A DNA stretch of 64,000 nucleotides from Candidatus Poribacteria bacterium (GTDB lineage: Bacteria; Poribacteria; WGA-4E; WGA-3G): positions 3,296,001-3,360,000 of the forward strand of contig CAXXLX010000001.1 of the NCBI GenBank assembly GCA_963665235.2. Direction: 5' to 3'. A model generated the notes under the pieces. It made no database searches, was not told where the DNA came from, and was given only the letters and a program-made list of their open reading frames with translations. Below are positions 48,108-58,288 of the stretch, piece by piece. Each line of letters begins with the position of its first letter. Position 1 is the first letter of the stretch. The position numbers and the translations under genes were made by a program.

Positions 48108-49758
48108 ATGAGAAGTTTTAGCACTCAGGGTTGTGTGTATCCTGAAGAGAATTATGTTGTCCCGCGCACGGTGGAGGTTGCCGATTTCATCCGCCGTGTC
48201 AAAGCGGGCAAGTATATTGTGCTCTTTGCACCACGCCAGACCGGTAAGACCACCTTTTTCCGATTAGCACTCTCCGCACTCACAGCAGAAGAGCCATCCT
48301 ATTTCCCGATAGAGTTGGATTTTCAAGACTTGTGCGTATGTTCTCACCTGACACGTTTTACGCGGAGCTTTTCTACAGGATTCGGACCGGCAAATTGCGG
48401 AGGTCTTTCAAAAACACGGTGGCACGCCTTCCGAAGCTCTAACGCAGTTTTTGGACAACACAACGCTAACCGACCATCTTTCTATGATGAGGTTCTTTGA
48501 AGACCTCATGGGTTTTTTGGACAGCGATGCCCATGTGGGGGTATCTGCTTTCAAACGGGTTGTGCTGCTGATTGACGAGTTTGATGGCATTCCTCGGACC
48601 GTCATAAGTCCTTTTCTATACGCGCTCCGCTCTATTTACCTCTCTGATAGGCATCGATGTCCCTACAGCGTTGGGTTTGCGGGAATCAAGGACATTATGG
48701 AACTTGGTTTCGACCCATCTGTTTCACCGTTCAATATTCAGGATGAGTTCAAGTTGCCGAACTTCACCGTTGAACAGGTGGATGCGCTGTTTTCGCAGTA
48801 TACCCATGAAGTTGGACAAACGTTTGACCCGGAGGTCATTGAAATCCTCCATAAGCAGACTGCTGGGCACCCCTTCTTAGTGAATAGAATAGCACAAATA
48901 CTTACTGAAGAATTGGAGATCCCGAAAACGGAGACAATCACCCTATCCCATTTTGGGAAAGCACACGCGTTGCTTATTCAGGAGGACAACACGAACTTCA
49001 CACAACTGATAACCAATATCCGCAGAGACCCCCGTTTTGAGCGCCTCTTGATGAGAGTTGTCTCTTACGATATGGGCGTACGTTTTACGCATTATGATGA
49101 GATTATCAGTGAACTTGCTAAGTATGGCATCATTGGTGGAAGTGCCGATGGCATGTGTGAGATTATCAATCCGATTTATCAGCAATATATCATGCAGGCG
49201 TTCCAACCCTCTTTCAACGGTTTAGAGGACGAGTACTTCGGAAAAAATAGCGATGTGGGTTTTATCGATTACCTCACGCCAAGTGGGACACTTGATATGT
49301 GTCCACTCCTTGATAACTTCAAGGATTTTATTGCGCGCGCAGGAGTTCGCATCCTACAGGTGCCGGAGACCCTCCAGAAGTTTGTTGGGCAATACCTTCT
49401 TTCCGCCTATCTAGGGCAATTTGTCCGGAGTGTAGGGGCTGTGATGTTCTTCGAAGTGCAAACGGGACGGGGAAGGATGGACCTGCTTATTAGCCATAAC
49501 CAGCGTAAGTATATTGTTGAGACCAAGATTTGGGAGGGGCTACCCCGGTATCAAGCAGGTAAAAAGCGGCTCGCTGCCTATCTTCAGTTGGAAAACGCAA
49601 CGGAGGGGTACTATATTGTTTTCGATCATCGTGAATCCACCGAGCCGCGTATAGAGACAGAGACGATTGATGGCGTATCTATTCGGAGTTATGTCATACC
49701 CGTAATACAACAACGACCCTCGAACGGACACCTACAAACAGAATTGGCTATTGGCTAA
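48108..49758 (+). pseudogene. Frameshifted paralog of the AAA/PD-(D/E)xK gene at 4503-6122
   Basis: High similarity to 4503-6122; two small insertions near 48333 and 48385 split it into ORFs 48081-48500 and 48451-49758. Confidence 0.82.
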
Positions 49759-49910
49759 TGACTTCATTGGCTAATAGCTGTTGGTTTATGGCTGTTGGCA
49801 AGAGTTTCAGATTCTAAGCAAGTTCCTGTTGTGCGTCAAAACCCTCTTCCTCTTTGTTTTCTTTCTCTTGCTAATTGCTAAATGCCAATTGCCAATTGCT
49901 AAATGCTACT
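49745..49910 (+). repeat. Interspersed element with heptamer tracts (copy 2, divergent)
   Basis: GGCAAGAGTTTCAGATTCTAA...GCGTCA...TTTCTCTTGCTAATTGCTAAATGCCAATTGCCAATTGC. Confidence 0.6.
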
Positions 49911-50060
49911 ATTGACATTTCTAACGTCCATAATGTAAAATTGTTTTTAATGTAACCCAAATTACGATAAAAAACGTTAACATCTATAGTTACGAAGTTT
50001 CGAATCCAAAAACAGGCGACTAAAAAATCTGTTTTCACGTCACACAGAGAGTAAAAAGAA

Positions 50061-51848
50061 ATGCATGAATCTAATCAACCCGAAGACTACCTATATCGGC
50101 TCCGCCATTCCACAGCACATATTATGGCGTATGCTGTGCAGCAGCTGTTCCCTGAGGGGGAACACACTGTGAAATTAGCAATTGGGCCGCCGATTGAGAA
50201 TGAGTTCTATTACGATATGGAGGTCCCGCGCCCCATCACCCCGGACGATTTTCCTGAAATTGAGAGGCACATGGCAGCGATGATTAAAGCGAACGTGCCT
50301 TTTGAACAGGAAACATGGAGCTATGACGAAGCACGCGCCTGGTTCAGCGAACGCGACCAGAAATTTAAACTTGAATTAATAGATGGAATTTCCGACCGCG
50401 AAGTTAGCGCAGCGGATGAAGGCGTAGCAGCCGAGGGCGTTTCTATTTATCACAACGGTGATTTCACCGATCTTTGCAAGGGGCCCCATGTGGAAACGAC
50501 AGGGGAGTGTAGACATTTCAAACTGCTCCGCGTTTCGGGAGCTTACTGGCGCGGCGATAGCAATCGGGAGCAGTTGCAACGTATCTACGGCACCGCATGG
50601 GAGAATAAAGCTGACCTTAAAGCATACTTGACACAACGGGAAGAAGCCGCTAAACGCGACCATCGTAAATTAGGGCGCGAACTAGAACTTTTTCAGATGC
50701 ATCCAGAATCGCCGGGCAGTCCTTTTTGGCTTCCAAAAGGCGCACTCATCTATAACATTCTATCCGAAAAGATCAGAAAACTCTATCTCAGTGAAGGCTA
50801 TCAGGAGGTCCGGACACCCCTCATCTACAATAGTAGTCTCTGGAAAACCTCCGGCCATTGGGAGCACTATAAGGAAGATATGTTCCTCATCGGAAGCGAA
50901 GATAGTGAACAAACGAGCGCGCTCAAACCGATGAACTGTCCGGCACACATGCTAATTTACAAAAGCACTCGTCACAGCTACCGTGATTTGCCGTACCGTC
51001 TACATGACCAGGGGATATTGCATCGGAACGAAGCGACCGGCACCTTGACCGGCTTGTCGCGTGTTCGTCAAATGTGCCAGGACGATGCCCATAACTTTAT
51101 CACCGAAGCCCAAATCGCTGACGAATATGAACGCATTCTTGAGCTCTTTCAACGTATCTATAGTAAGTTCGATCTGCCGTTTCGCTGCAATTTAAGCACA
51201 CGCAATCCGGACAAGTTCATGGGCGATGTTGAGGTCTGGAATCGAGCTGAAGTGATGCTTGAAGACGTGCTAAAAAACAATCAGATAGCATACACCGTTG
51301 AGCCAGGGGAGGCAGCGTTCTACGGACCGAAGCTCGATTTTCAGGTGAAGGACTCGCTCAACCGGGACGTACAATGTGCCACCGTTCAGCTAGATTTTCA
51401 ACTTCCTGAGCGTTTCGAATTAATCTATGTCGCGCAAGATGGCAGTGAAAAACGCCCGGTTGTTATCCATCGGGCGTTGTGTGGCAGTTTTGAACGATTC
51501 ATCGCGATGCTGATTGAGCATTACGCAGGGGCATTTCCGACCTGGCTCTCGCCTGTGCAGTGTGTTGTGATGACGATTAGCCAACGTTTCGTTGACTACG
51601 GCAGTGAGGTGCAGCAATTGCTGTTGCAAAAGGGATGCCGTGTTGTATTAGATAATAGTGATGACAAAATTGGGGCAAAAATCCGACAAGCTCGTCTACA
51701 GCGGGTGCCGTACATGGCAATTATTGGCGGACGCGAACAGGAAAACCGCACTGTCAGTGTCCGAAGCCGGGATGAAGGCGATATCGGCGCAATGCCCCTT
51801 GATACCTTCGTTGACAAAATTGTTGATGAAGCCGATTTGGATTTCTAA
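50061..51848 (+). CDS. thrS: Threonine--tRNA ligase
   Basis: RHSTAH, DLCKGPH, RDHRKLG, KPMNCP, AAFYGPK, VVIHRA and the anticodon-binding domain. Confidence 0.97.
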   Translation: MHESNQPEDYLYRLRHSTAHIMAYAVQQLFPEGEHTVKLAIGPPIENEFYYDMEVPRPITPDDFPEIERHMAAMIKANVPFEQETWSYDEARAWFSERDQKFKLELIDGISDREVSAADEGVAAEGVSIYHNGDFTDLCKGPHVETTGECRHFKLLRVSGAYWRGDSNREQLQRIYGTAWENKADLKAYLTQREEAAKRDHRKLGRELELFQMHPESPGSPFWLPKGALIYNILSEKIRKLYLSEGYQEVRTPLIYNSSLWKTSGHWEHYKEDMFLIGSEDSEQTSALKPMNCPAHMLIYKSTRHSYRDLPYRLHDQGILHRNEATGTLTGLSRVRQMCQDDAHNFITEAQIADEYERILELFQRIYSKFDLPFRCNLSTRNPDKFMGDVEVWNRAEVMLEDVLKNNQIAYTVEPGEAAFYGPKLDFQVKDSLNRDVQCATVQLDFQLPERFELIYVAQDGSEKRPVVIHRALCGSFERFIAMLIEHYAGAFPTWLSPVQCVVMTISQRFVDYGSEVQQLLLQKGCRVVLDNSDDKIGAKIRQARLQRVPYMAIIGGREQENRTVSVRSRDEGDIGAMPLDTFVDKIVDEADLDF

Positions 51849-51951
51849 TATATCCTTGTAGCGGCAGAGCCCTCGGCTTGCCGCCTTGTAAAATTAGCTA
51901 CGGCACAGACCACCGTGTCTGTGAATCTATAAACCCAAAAGGAGTGAGATC

Positions 51952-52554
51952 ATGTACAGAATTTTCGCATGTCAATTACTTATCGGACTTATGGTTTTTA
52001 TCGGGTGTGGCCCGTCTAAACAGATTACGCGCGTTGATAGTGGGACCACAATTGACCTTTCCGGGCGTTGGAACGATACGGATTCCCGCCTCGTTGCCGA
52101 GCAGATGATTACCGACTGTTTAAGCCACGTCTGGATTACTAACCACACAACTGCTAAATCAGCAAACCCTGTTGTCATTGTCGGCGGTATCCGAAACAAA
52201 AGTATGGAACATATCGCCACACAAACGTTCATTACCGATATTGAACAGGCCTTTGTCAATTCTGGGAAGGTACGCACCGTTTCCAGCCAAAGCGAACGTG
52301 ACGAAATCCGCGCCGAACGTGCAGAGCAAGGCGAATTTGCCGCTATTGAAACCATCAAACGGATGGGGAGAGAACTCGGTGCCGATTATATGATGACCGG
52401 CGAAATCAACACAATTGAAGACCGCGAAGGCGGAAAACTGGTACTATTCTATCAGACAGATCTGACGTTGACAAATATCGAGACGAACGAGAAGGTCTGG
52501 ATTGGTCAGAGAGAAATTAAAAAGTACATCGCGCGTAAAAAATTTAAAATGTAG
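51952..52554 (+). CDS. LpoB-like lipoprotein (penicillin-binding protein activator family)
   Basis: FIGC lipobox; DLSGRWNDTD, NKSMEHI, GADYMMTGEI, EKVW. Confidence 0.8.
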   Translation: MYRIFACQLLIGLMVFIGCGPSKQITRVDSGTTIDLSGRWNDTDSRLVAEQMITDCLSHVWITNHTTAKSANPVVIVGGIRNKSMEHIATQTFITDIEQAFVNSGKVRTVSSQSERDEIRAERAEQGEFAAIETIKRMGRELGADYMMTGEINTIEDREGGKLVLFYQTDLTLTNIETNEKVWIGQREIKKYIARKKFKM

Positions 52555-52641
52555 GAGCAGCGTTACAGCATGCAATCCTACAATGTAGATGCAAAATTAA
52601 CGATGGCGCGCTTGTCCAGCGCGCCTACAACTTCAAAACTT

Positions 52642-54006
52642 ATGATAAAAATAGCAGCTTTTCCCATTCTCCTTCTCCTACTCATAGGATGCGGCGGCTA
52701 TAACATGCAAGAGGTTCGAATCGCGCTAGAGAGAGGACAGGTCGATACCGCCTATAAACATCTCGAGAAAAAAGGACCGAAAGAACCAAATATCCCGCAT
52801 CAATTTGAATTGGGATTGATCGCACATTACGCGGACCTATTTGTGGAAAGCAACAAGGCATTTGGGCTAGCAGAAAATATCGCTGAGGAGCGATACACCA
52901 AAAGCCTCTCAAAAGAGGCACTTTCGCTTGTTACCACCGACAAAATCCGCCCTTACCCCGGCACCCGGTATGAACGACTTTTCGGGCACTATTATCACAC
53001 CCTAAACTATATCTATCTGAATCAGTTAGATGAGGCGTTAGTAGAATGCCGCCGTGCCACCGGACTAATTAATTACTTCAGAGGTGAAGATGAGAAATAT
53101 GATGCCTTTGGGGCCGGATTTCTTGCATATCTTACTGGCACAGTATATGAAGCTGTAGGCGAATGGAACAATGCCCTAATTTCTTACAAACAGGCAGCGG
53201 CATACTACCAAGCCGCTGCCAAAAAAACGGGGGTTCCGATGCCGCCCGATGTAGGGCATGCCGTAGTGCGTCTAGCGCAGATGCTCAATTTCACAGATGA
53301 TTTTGAGCGGTATCGCAAGCAGTACGGTGAACCGCCAACGCGCCCCAAAAACTATGGCGAGCTGATACTCTTTTATGAAACAGGTTATGTCCCGCGAAAG
53401 CGGCAGCAGACCTTGACGTTTCCTATCCTCACAACCGATTTTGGCGATGATGATGACGACGATGACGATAAAAAGAAAACCGAAAGGTTTATTCCCACCC
53501 TCCTTGCACGCGAAGGCATGGAGGTTGACGATATAGAACTAGAATACCTTTTACATGTAGCAATGCCGACGATTCGGTCAGAACGTCCCCGCTTCGCAGG
53601 CATTCAGGTCTCAGTAGGTGAGGAAAAGGCACACGGTGTGTTGATAGAGGACATAGAACGGGTGGCAATTGAAACCCTTAAGGCGGAACGGCCTGTAACC
53701 CTCCTCCGTACGTTAGGGCGCGCCTTACTGAAATACTTAACCTTCCGGAAAGCAGATAAGAAAAATGAAATCTTAGGGGCCCTTGTGAATATTGCTGCAG
53801 TGGTCACTGAAAAGGCGGATACACGTTCCTGGCAAACGCTGCCGAATCAAATCTTTATGGTACGGATGCCTCTTCCTGCAGGCACCCATAAACTTCAGTT
53901 CTCCTTTCTGGATGCAAACGGGCAGGGCGGTCGAGATGAGCCCGGCCCGGGGGTTGAAATCCAGTCAAATCGGATAACTTTTTGGAATCACCGAAGCTAT
54001 GAGTAA
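52642..54006 (+). CDS. COG3014-like lipoprotein, usually paired with LpoB-like genes
   Basis: LLIGC lipobox; PYPG..YE, EALVECRR, ADTRSWQTLP motif. Confidence 0.75.
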   Translation: MIKIAAFPILLLLLIGCGGYNMQEVRIALERGQVDTAYKHLEKKGPKEPNIPHQFELGLIAHYADLFVESNKAFGLAENIAEERYTKSLSKEALSLVTTDKIRPYPGTRYERLFGHYYHTLNYIYLNQLDEALVECRRATGLINYFRGEDEKYDAFGAGFLAYLTGTVYEAVGEWNNALISYKQAAAYYQAAAKKTGVPMPPDVGHAVVRLAQMLNFTDDFERYRKQYGEPPTRPKNYGELILFYETGYVPRKRQQTLTFPILTTDFGDDDDDDDDKKKTERFIPTLLAREGMEVDDIELEYLLHVAMPTIRSERPRFAGIQVSVGEEKAHGVLIEDIERVAIETLKAERPVTLLRTLGRALLKYLTFRKADKKNEILGALVNIAAVVTEKADTRSWQTLPNQIFMVRMPLPAGTHKLQFSFLDANGQGGRDEPGPGVEIQSNRITFWNHRSYE

Positions 54007-55195
54007 AAACATGCAACAGTATTCAGGCAAGCGGCCCGCTCCAATCTATCTCGATTACAACGCCACAACACCGCTCCGTCCCGAAGTCCGGGACGCAATA
54101 ATGCCGTATCTGACCGAGGCATTCGGCAACGGCTCCAGCATTCACGCTTACGGCCGTGAAGCACGCAACGCTATTGACACTGCACGCGAACAGGTTGCTG
54201 AACTCATCGGCGCGAAAAGCCCTAGTGAGATTGTGTTTACCGGCAGCGGAACCGAAGCGGATAACCACGCTATCAAAGGACTAACAGAATTACAAAAAAG
54301 CCGAGGCGAGGGAAACCATATCATCACCTCGGCTGTAGAGCATCACGCCGTTTTGCATACCTGTCACTACCTTGAAAAACGCGGTTTTGATGTGACGTAT
54401 CTGCCGGTGGACCGATACGGAAGGGTTGATACAGAGCAGCTCCGTTCCGCCATTCGTGAAACGACAATACTCATTTCCATCATGCATGTCAACAACGAAA
54501 ACGGCACTATCCAACCGCTTGAGGAAATTTGTCAGATTGCACAGGAACACGATATCCCTTTCCACACCGATGCCGTGCAATCGATAGGTAAGTTAGACAT
54601 TGGCGTTCAGGAGTTCGGTGTCAATCTGCTAACCCTTTCTGGACATAAGATTTACGCGCCTAAGGGCATTGGCGTTCTCTACATCCGCCGTGGCACACGC
54701 TTGGCGAACCTTGTCCATGGCGGGGCGCATGAACGTAATCGGCGTGCAGGTTCAGAAAATGTCCCCGCAATCGTTGGGCTTGGCGTTGCCGCTGAATTGG
54801 CGAATCAGGAACGGGAGGCTTATGCACAACACCTCGAAACATTAACCTGCCGCCTGCGAGATGGTCTTGATGCACACATCGACCGATTGCACTACAATGG
54901 GCACCCTGACCACTGTGCACCTGGCACCCTTAATGTCTCTTTTGAAGCAGTGGAGGGCGAAAGCCTTATTTTGCGGTTAGACATGGAGGGCATCTGTGTC
55001 TCAACCGGCTCCGCGTGCACCTCCGGCTCTATGGAGCCGTCCCATGTGCTCGCAGCCCTTGGGTTGCCCCCAAGATTAGCGCAAGGCACAGTCCGGTTTT
55101 CCCTCGGCAGAAACACAACTGAAGAAGAAATTGACACAGTAATTGCCAAATTGCCTAAGGTCATCCAGCAGATGCGAACGTTGTATAGGGGTTAG
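53999..55195 (+). CDS. iscS: Cysteine desulfurase (IscS/NifS family)
   Basis: YLDYNATTP, HTDAVQ, SGHKIY (PLP Lys), STGSACTS (catalytic Cys). Confidence 0.93.
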   Translation: MSKNMQQYSGKRPAPIYLDYNATTPLRPEVRDAIMPYLTEAFGNGSSIHAYGREARNAIDTAREQVAELIGAKSPSEIVFTGSGTEADNHAIKGLTELQKSRGEGNHIITSAVEHHAVLHTCHYLEKRGFDVTYLPVDRYGRVDTEQLRSAIRETTILISIMHVNNENGTIQPLEEICQIAQEHDIPFHTDAVQSIGKLDIGVQEFGVNLLTLSGHKIYAPKGIGVLYIRRGTRLANLVHGGAHERNRRAGSENVPAIVGLGVAAELANQEREAYAQHLETLTCRLRDGLDAHIDRLHYNGHPDHCAPGTLNVSFEAVEGESLILRLDMEGICVSTGSACTSGSMEPSHVLAALGLPPRLAQGTVRFSLGRNTTEEEIDTVIAKLPKVIQQMRTLYRG

Positions 55196-55362
55196 GTGGC
55201 AATTAGCAATTGGCAATTGGCTCTCTTATGTAGGAGCGAGCTGTGCTCGCGATATTAAGTTAGGTGGCGATTAGCAATTGGCAAGAGATGTTGTGATTCT
55301 AATTAGGTTTATGACGTGCGTCATAAACCTCTTTCTCTTGCTATAGGTTTCCAATAGCCAAT
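55196..55362 (+). repeat. Interspersed heptamer element (copy 3) with an inserted GTAG REP
   Basis: GCAATTAGCAATTGGCAA tracts; GTAGGAGCGAGCTGTGCTCGCG palindrome at about 55230. Confidence 0.7.
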
Positions 55363-57989
55363 TACACCTGCCGATTCTTCGGGTTCCAGAACGCGCAAAT
55401 TATAGCCGTAATCGGAATGGCTAAGACCAGTCCGAGTGTACCCGCGAGCAGCCGCACAATCTCCGCAGACACAACACCGATGCTCAATAATTGCACCGCG
55501 GGCAATTTAAAGAAATCAAAATTTGGGGCTGTAATTGAAATTACTAATAACAACTCCGCGCCGAGATAGGCAAATACCAACGTATTTACCATCGTACCGA
55601 GGATATCCGTACCGACGTTCAACCCTGAAGCAATTAACCGCCAGGTTGGCATGTTAGGGTTCGCCCGGCGAATTTCCTCCATACTTGATGCCACCTCAAT
55701 TGCCCCGTCGACAGCTACCCCTAAGACCCCCATTAACATGCCTGCCAACAGAACTTGCGCGAAATCGAAGGGGGGGGTGCGTGTCGCTTCAACAATATCT
55801 GCCGCAATCGCGTCCTCTAATCCAGAAAAATGGAGATGTTTTTGGGCAAAGAGCACAATCAATCCGGCAACAAGAATACCGCCCATCGTGCCGAGCACAG
55901 CTGAAAACGTCTTTCGACTTGGGCCTATGACAAACACCAAAGACACGAACGCTACTATACCCGAAGTCAACGTCACAACCAACACAGCATTCATCCCTTG
56001 TGAAATTAACGGTAGCATGAAAAAGTAGATAACAGCGGCAGAAATCAGCATCGCCCCGGCGGTACGTACCCCTTCCATCCGGCCGACAACGATGATGAGC
56101 AGCAACATCCCACCCACTGTCCAGACGATAAAACCGTCGCGCGCGTATCCCTGAATAATATTTAGGAGCGTAATTTGTTCTAAATCGTCCCCGACGCGAC
56201 AAAGCACAACGTCACCCGGCTCCGCAGGAATACTCAACAGCGGCATATTATGATTGACAACATTCCGAAATATGGAACGTTTTCCTTTATACATACCGCT
56301 TAGAATCTCAACTTCAAGGATATGATGTTCCTCTTTTGTTCTGTACACATTGAGATTACCGGCTTCATCGTCCATGGCGCGGATGCTGTAGGTTTGCTCG
56401 TAGTCTCTATCAGAAAGCAACCATCGGCTGTCCTTCCACGGTTTGATAAAGACTCCAATATCATTAGAGAAAGAGATGTCTTGGGCAGCAAATGCCTTTC
56501 GCAAATCGGGCGGAACCACGCGATTGTTCAGGTCCGTTTCGGTGCTCCTGTCAATAGTAAACAGAAACTCGCCGCTTGATTCAAGCAATTGGAGCACTCT
56601 ACCTTTCGCATATTCTGACTTACTAATGGGTTGCTGCTGTTCATCATATTGCTCGAAGACTGTTGCAGAAAGGGTGTGTGTACGATAATAGAAGAACGTT
56701 GTACCGACCAGCACCAGCACCATAGCGATTGGCACCACAATCCTGCTGGAGAAAATCCGAGACTTACCGTGCCCAGCCTCCGGCCCGAATAATTCCTCTA
56801 ATTCCGCCTCTGTAGGCAGGTCCTCGTGAATTGCTGTTCTGTCAACTTTGGTGTATTTTGTGAGAAACCCAGCAATCATCGCTGCAATCGGGACTGTTAA
56901 GACCAACCCAATCGTTCCAATGACAGCTTGGATAATGGCGACGGCTGTCGCTTCATCGTTGACGAGACGTAGAAATGGGTATAGGACACCCGCTTCAGGA
57001 AAATGGATACGGGGCAGCAACATCGTAATCATTTGAGCGCCGAGGTACGCGAAGATAAGCGTATCTGCCATCGTCCCCATAATGTCCCGACCGACATTTA
57101 ACCCCGCCCGAATCGCTTGCCGAACGCTGATGTTCGGATTCACCTGCTTCACTTCGTTTACACTTGAGGAGATGGACATACTCACATCCATCATAGCACC
57201 AACTGCCCCTAAGATGATGCCAGCAGACAGGATGCCTGTAAAATTCCAATGGTGTGACTTCGGATATTTCCAGAGATTAATACCGAGCTCCAAAAAACCG
57301 AACTCTTGTGCTAACCCGGTCAGTGCCATCACGTGTTGACTCAGCACAGATAGAAAACCGACAGCGGCTAAACCACCGAGCGTCGCAAGCACTCCAGAAA
57401 TAACCTTAAAACTGAACCCGGTAATCAAGACAAACGTCACTAATGTAAGTGCTGCAGCAATTAATAGTGCAACCGCAATCGGGTTGTAACCGCTGACCGT
57501 GAGCGGCACGAGCAGATAAAGTACCGCAAATGCTGTTACAAACAGTGTCAAAATCGAGCGGACACCCTTCATCCCAGCAATGAGAACCATTAAAACGCCT
57601 AACGCACCGGCGAGATACAGCAGGAACGGCGTACGGAAGTATTGCCCCATGGACACAGAGTCAATTTCGGGATTCATCGGATTTCGAATCGGAATCTCAA
57701 GAAACAGGACATCCCCTTTGTGCAACACTCGGTCACTGAAAGAACGCCCAATCCAAATGTTATTCACCTCTACTGTCTCGCCGCGAAACTGCCCGGATAG
57801 AACGCGGAAGGACAGAATCTGGTCCGCCTCTTCACTTGTATCTATAGAAACAACGCGTCCTAAACAGACCACTATCTGCAAAGCCCCATCGTGGATAATC
57901 TCTGAAAACCGATAGAGCTTCACGTGCAACACCGCAACGCTGAGTAGTATGAGCAAAATACCGATGATTTTGATGTTTTTTTGTAGCAT
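55362..57989 (-). CDS. YibE/F family membrane protein with two tandem YibE/F domains
   Basis: Duplicated G..G...D....I/VSS..E...N....G.NVG.DI.GTM..TL.FAY.G motif. Confidence 0.85.
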   Translation of the reverse strand: MLQKNIKIIGILLILLSVAVLHVKLYRFSEIIHDGALQIVVCLGRVVSIDTSEEADQILSFRVLSGQFRGETVEVNNIWIGRSFSDRVLHKGDVLFLEIPIRNPMNPEIDSVSMGQYFRTPFLLYLAGALGVLMVLIAGMKGVRSILTLFVTAFAVLYLLVPLTVSGYNPIAVALLIAAALTLVTFVLITGFSFKVISGVLATLGGLAAVGFLSVLSQHVMALTGLAQEFGFLELGINLWKYPKSHHWNFTGILSAGIILGAVGAMMDVSMSISSSVNEVKQVNPNISVRQAIRAGLNVGRDIMGTMADTLIFAYLGAQMITMLLPRIHFPEAGVLYPFLRLVNDEATAVAIIQAVIGTIGLVLTVPIAAMIAGFLTKYTKVDRTAIHEDLPTEAELEELFGPEAGHGKSRIFSSRIVVPIAMVLVLVGTTFFYYRTHTLSATVFEQYDEQQQPISKSEYAKGRVLQLLESSGEFLFTIDRSTETDLNNRVVPPDLRKAFAAQDISFSNDIGVFIKPWKDSRWLLSDRDYEQTYSIRAMDDEAGNLNVYRTKEEHHILEVEILSGMYKGKRSIFRNVVNHNMPLLSIPAEPGDVVLCRVGDDLEQITLLNIIQGYARDGFIVWTVGGMLLLIIVVGRMEGVRTAGAMLISAAVIYFFMLPLISQGMNAVLVVTLTSGIVAFVSLVFVIGPSRKTFSAVLGTMGGILVAGLIVLFAQKHLHFSGLEDAIAADIVEATRTPPFDFAQVLLAGMLMGVLGVAVDGAIEVASSMEEIRRANPNMPTWRLIASGLNVGTDILGTMVNTLVFAYLGAELLLVISITAPNFDFFKLPAVQLLSIGVVSAEIVRLLAGTLGLVLAIPITAIICAFWNPKNRQV

Positions 57990-58097
57990 GTTGGTAATTG
58001 GTGCGTTAGCATAAGGCAACTAAAAGTCAATCGCCAGTCGCCAATATCGTGAAACCTAATATGTCTATTGCCTATTGTCAGTAAACCTTAACTACTA

Positions 58098-58113
58098 TGC
58101 AAATACTATGCCA
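58098..58113 (-). promoter_or_regulatory. Sigma-54 (-24/-12) promoter upstream of the YibE/F gene
   Basis: Minus strand TGGCATAGTATTTGCA (GG-N10-GC); candidate upstream sites at 58152-58200. Confidence 0.65.
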
Positions 58114-58288
58114 ATATTGAAACCGCTTCCTACGCTAAAACGCTTTTTTGGGCTGCACGATATGGGGCACTCCTCCCATTAAAATGGACAAATTGGGGCA
58201 GAATTGCAAATGGCCTCCCCAAGGGTTATCAGCTGTAAGAGAGGTTTGATGCATTGTCTGTTTCTTAACTGAAAACTGATTGCTATTC

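Noticed and set aside
50061-50200. ThrRS lacking the N-terminal TGS domain as a novelty
   Set aside because: Short ThrRS forms starting at the editing domain are known in several bacterial lineages.
53445-53470. GAT/GAC microsatellite as a phase-variable locus
   Set aside because: It is an in-frame, imperfect poly-Asp tract with no frame-switching potential.
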